Shown in pieces: positions 61,172 through 64,000 of a stretch of DNA of 64,000 nt. Source of the stretch: a virus. Both the position numbers and the translations under genes were made by a program. The notes beneath the pieces are model-generated. The model worked only from the letters and a program-made list of their open reading frames with translations, ran no database searches and had not been told where the DNA came from. Where the stretch lies: positions 1 to 64,000 of IMG/VR virus record IMGVR_UViG_3300032093_000060. The stretch is one strand, 5' to 3'. Position 1 is the first letter of the stretch. Every line of letters begins with the position of its first letter.

Positions 61172-61354
61172 CTATTTCTTTTTACCTGCTCTTTTTTTAG
61201 CTCCAGCTATTCTATCAGCAGCAGTTGGTTTAGGATTATTATCAATACCAGCTATTACTGAAAGTAAACCAAATTTACTTTTAGCACCACCTTCTTTGTA
61301 TTTACCTTGGATCATTGCTTTAGGCATTGCCTTTTTAGTCATCATCTTTTTCAT
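61172..61354 (-). CDS. Small basic protein (60 aa; start revised to MKKMMTKK)
   Basis: The track start at 61399 overlaps the upstream gene. The ATG at 61354 lies 14 nt after the upstream stop. Confidence 0.7.
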   Translation of the reverse strand: MKKMMTKKAMPKAMIQGKYKEGGAKSKFGLLSVIAGIDNNPKPTAADRIAGAKKRAGKKK

Positions 61355-61368
61355 ATCTATTGATTTAA

Positions 61369-61617
61369 TTATCCTCCATATAATGGTCTTGTACCGCAAC
61401 CCCCACTAGCTAATCTAACTAGCCCTGGAGCACAACTGTGTTTAACTTTATCAACCATACCACCAGCTTTCATAACCATTGGATTAGTTGTAGCATTATA
61501 TCCAGGCATAGTTTTAGTCATATAAGCTTGACCACCCGCAGCCATTTTTATTTTTTTTACAGGACCACCAGCTTTCATTTTGCCGCATCCCATTTTACAA
61601 GTCTTCATAGTTTTCAT
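61369..61617 (-). CDS. Small basic protein with three MxAGG motifs, ending in GG
   Basis: 82 aa: MKAGG, MAAGG, MKAGG, ...LYGG*. Confidence 0.75.
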   Translation of the reverse strand: MKTMKTCKMGCGKMKAGGPVKKIKMAAGGQAYMTKTMPGYNATTNPMVMKAGGMVDKVKHSCAPGLVRLASGGCGTRPLYGG

Positions 61618-61633
61618 AATAATATATAATAAT

Positions 61634-61915
61634 TTAACAATTCCATTTTCTCAAGGACTTGTTAATCCTTGAATCAGGATCATTAGCTGTCTTTGAGCTT
61701 GTTAGTTTTTTCTTCATACCAGACATTCTTGCACAGAAAGACTTTCTTCTATTAGCATCTTTACTTCCAGCTTTTAGTTTAGATGGTTTAGTAGTCACAG
61801 CTGTCTTAAGTTTACTACCAGGATTAGCTGCTCTATAACTAGCTACTCCTTTAGCATTAAGACCTCCTTCTGGATTCTTACCCTCTTTTCTTTGCCATGC
61901 TGGTGACTTTGCCAT
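61634..61915 (-). CDS. Small basic phage protein (DUF6321-like)
   Basis: AWQRKEGKNPEGGLNAKG...RRKSFCARM...SRINKSLRKWNC. Confidence 0.75.
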   Translation of the reverse strand: MAKSPAWQRKEGKNPEGGLNAKGVASYRAANPGSKLKTAVTTKPSKLKAGSKDANRRKSFCARMSGMKKKLTSSKTANDPDSRINKSLRKWNC

Positions 61916-62334
61916 TATTTTTTCTTTGTCTTTAATGTACCACCTTTTTTATAAGTACCAAAAGACGGTCCGGAAAGAGGTTGAAAATTTTTCTTTTCTC
62001 TTCTTGCACTCTTTCTTAATAATCTTTTTTCCTCTCTTATATCTGCTTTTGCATTAGCTTTTTCAGTTGTTTTTTCACTATTTGCAATTTTAGCTGCTAC
62101 ACCAATTGCAGTTCCACCAGCAATTGCCCCTAGAATATTTTTCAATGGGGATGTTGGTTTAGCATAATTAGTTGTATTACATGGATAACAATTAGGTATT
62201 GTACCACATTGACCTGCAGGACAATCTGTTTTAACTGATGTTCCTGTCTTAGCTTTTTTTAAAGCTTTAGGTTTTTTACCAGCTTTCTTCATTGAGATAG
62301 CTATTGCTGCTTGTTGTGCTTTACTTCCTGCCAT
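61915..62334 (-). CDS. Small basic hypothetical protein
   Basis: 139 aa. QQAAIAISMKKAGKKPK, a four-Cys cluster, a hydrophobic helix, YKKGG. Confidence 0.7.
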   Translation of the reverse strand: MAGSKAQQAAIAISMKKAGKKPKALKKAKTGTSVKTDCPAGQCGTIPNCYPCNTTNYAKPTSPLKNILGAIAGGTAIGVAAKIANSEKTTEKANAKADIREEKRLLRKSARREKKNFQPLSGPSFGTYKKGGTLKTKKK

Positions 62335-62560
62335 TTTTTTTCTTTTTAGGATAAGGATTTTCCTTGTGCCATTTTTTAGTTGCTGCTATACCTTGTTTAA
62401 TAGTTTTTGCTCCTGCTTTCTGTGTTAAGTTAATTGTGTCCCATTTACCTTTATCTTTTGTGGGATGATTAACCATTATATCACCAGGTTTACCTTTTCC
62501 TATTTTATTAGTTTTTTTGTAAATCCTATGTTTTTCACCATCAGCAGTAACTCTTGCCAT
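62321..62560 (-). CDS. Small basic hypothetical protein
   Basis: 79 aa, K-rich. Overlaps the next start. Confidence 0.7.
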   Translation of the reverse strand: MARVTADGEKHRIYKKTNKIGKGKPGDIMVNHPTKDKGKWDTINLTQKAGAKTIKQGIAATKKWHKENPYPKKKKNGRK

Positions 62561-62562
62561 GA

Positions 62563-62802
62563 TTAAATCTTTTTGCCAGCAGCAATGCTATTAAACTCTT
62601 TAGCTTTTTCTGCTGCCATCTTTTTTACATCTGCCATTAACTTTGCATTCTTCTGAATCTCAGAAGCTCTCTGTAATGTAGACATAGCAGATTCAATTTC
62701 CCATTTTCTCATGTCTGCTTTGCTACCACCTAAAATAGAAATACCAAGTGAAGAGGATTTCTTAGCTGGTGTTGATTTTGTTGTTGTTTTCTTAATTGCC
62801 AT
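62563..62802 (-). CDS. Small basic hypothetical protein
   Basis: 79 aa, KWEIESAMSTLQRA helix. 2-nt gaps on both sides. Confidence 0.7.
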   Translation of the reverse strand: MAIKKTTTKSTPAKKSSSLGISILGGSKADMRKWEIESAMSTLQRASEIQKNAKLMADVKKMAAEKAKEFNSIAAGKKI

Positions 62803-62804
62803 AA

Positions 62805-63143
62805 CTATACTTTTTTAACTCTATTTCCCATTCCTACTCTTGACTTCTCAGCTTTCTTAGCAGCTAGTTTAGAAGGAGTTAGTTCATACTTTGTTTTTGG
62901 AGTCTTACTAGAGACTCTTTTTGTAGGCCGGCAGTATTCATTTTTACCACCGGCACCACAAGCTTTTCCTGATTTAGTATCTTGCCATTTCTCTGCTTGC
63001 CATCTTTTTAACTCTGCACCCTTTTCAGTCTTTCTTACTTGCCCTTTACCTTTGCGGCATTTGGCAATAGCTTGAGAAGCTCTTGCTGAAGGGAACACGG
63101 CATACCGTGCTTTTACACTATGATAGCATGCATCCTTTGCCAT
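62805..63143 (-). CDS. Small basic phage protein (DUF5872-like)
   Basis: KDACYHSVKARY.VFPSA.AS...KCR, LKRW..EKW.D, YCRPTKRVSSKTPKT. Confidence 0.72.
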   Translation of the reverse strand: MAKDACYHSVKARYAVFPSARASQAIAKCRKGKGQVRKTEKGAELKRWQAEKWQDTKSGKACGAGGKNEYCRPTKRVSSKTPKTKYELTPSKLAAKKAEKSRVGMGNRVKKV

Positions 63144-63145
63144 GA

Positions 63146-63481
63146 TTATGGGTTTGCTTTTTTAGGAGCTTTGGATTTACCACCAACTCTACCTTTAGCT
63201 TTTTTAGATGCAGAAATTTTTGCGTTAGTTCCAGACTTAACACCTTTAGAACCAGGAGTATTGTCTACAATAGCTTTAGCATTAGAGTTTACTACTCCAC
63301 CAGTTTTCATCATAGAAGCTTTCATAACTTTTCCATACATGGCTTTAGGTTTAGCTCCACCTTTCATAAAAGTACTATTAGTTCTACCTTCTACAGCAGC
63401 TGAAGATTTTTGATAAGATTTATTATCCATTAATGCTTTTTCTGCATTACTCATTTTAGGGTTTTTAGGTCTATTCATCAT
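63146..63481 (-). CDS. Small basic hypothetical protein
   Basis: 111 aa, K/M/G-rich. MKGG and MKTGG. Confidence 0.7.
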   Translation of the reverse strand: MMNRPKNPKMSNAEKALMDNKSYQKSSAAVEGRTNSTFMKGGAKPKAMYGKVMKASMMKTGGVVNSNAKAIVDNTPGSKGVKSGTNAKISASKKAKGRVGGKSKAPKKANP

Positions 63482-63501
63482 TTTATTTAATTTTATATAA
63501 A

Positions 63502-63999
63502 TTATTTTTTTCTTTTAATAGTAGAATCTTTACGCATTTTTCTAACTGAACCTCCTCTTCTCATTGCTGGAACTGGTTCATCAAACTTTATTTTTCCTGA
63601 TAACTCATCTTGAACATTTTGTTCCATTTCTTTTCTAAATAGTTCATTATCAGTTGCAGCTTTATTTGATTTAACAGTATTTCTATTGACAGAACCAGAC
63701 TTTAACTTTTTCATCAAAGCAATATTAGAACTTGCTGTACCATCAGTTAATCCTTGCTTTTTAGCTTCAGACCAACTAGTTCCAGTTTTTTCTTGCCACA
63801 ACTGTGATAGAGTTGGTTCAGAATTTTTTCTTGGAGTTACAACAACTTCAGGCTTAATTGTTTCTTTTCTAATCTCTGGTCTTTTTAAAGATTCAATTTT
63901 AGATTTTACTTTTTTAGGTTCTTCTTTTTTAGAATCTCCAATTTTTTTAACTAAAGTTTTAAAATCAGGATTTGCTTCAAGTTTACCAGTCTTAGTGTT
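63502..63999 (-). CDS. Basic hypothetical protein (5' truncated by window edge)
   Basis: Frame is open to the window end (NTKTGKLEANPDF...TLSQLWQEKTG...). MRRGG near the C-terminus. Confidence 0.65.
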   Translation of the reverse strand, partial: NTKTGKLEANPDFKTLVKKIGDSKKEEPKKVKSKIESLKRPEIRKETIKPEVVVTPRKNSEPTLSQLWQEKTGTSWSEAKKQGLTDGTASSNIALMKKLKSGSVNRNTVKSNKAATDNELFRKEMEQNVQDELSGKIKFDEPVPAMRRGGSVRKMRKDSTIKRKK

Positions 64000-64000
64000 T

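Noticed and set aside
61618-61650. Sixth TATATTA promoter before the 82-aa gene
   Set aside because: TATATTA is present at 61620-61626 but there is no TTTG-like box at 20-nt spacing, so it may be AT-rich chance.
5775-63413. Many 60-140 aa + strand ORFs in the track
   Set aside because: They are antisense shadows inside long - strand genes, mostly S/L/F/I-rich, with no recognisable motifs.
1-64000. Stop-codon reassignment as in some crAss-like phages
   Set aside because: Multi-kb ORFs are intact under the standard code, and TAA, TAG and TGA all end genes with tight coupling.
1-64000. tRNAs, introns, inteins, integrase
   Set aside because: Intergenic gaps are short (the longest is about 110 nt) with no cloverleaf. 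No intein termini, homing endonuclease or recombinase motifs recognised by eye.

Overview
AT-rich fragment of a large, free (no host genes or integrase seen) dsDNA phage related to crAss-like/phi14:2-type Bacteroidota phages. Bases 1-1167 are the end of a + strand arm (DUF932-like protein, intrinsic terminator, MazG-like pyrophosphatase). The rest is one - strand virion module: small Lys-rich proteins, ring/connector proteins, a ferritin/Dps-like protein, Cys-rich fibre proteins, IHF-like, tail tube and stabilisation proteins, then cargo proteins up to 3747 aa, including a virion RNA polymerase (DFDID motif). Main observations: (1) the three consecutive giant proteins (8430 aa) have only four cysteines, all at facing termini, suggesting head-to-tail covalent chaining; (2) an x-x-x-G-G motif recurs in cargo and small basic proteins, a possible packaging or cleavage signal; (3) two giants carry Pol-beta/AbiEii-like nucleotidyltransferase domains; (4) a (T/C)TT(G/A)-N20-TATATTA promoter family, two members sharing a 17-bp palindrome; (5) unannotated small ORFs, including a 12-aa one. 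All family calls come from motif recognition by eye, with no database search.
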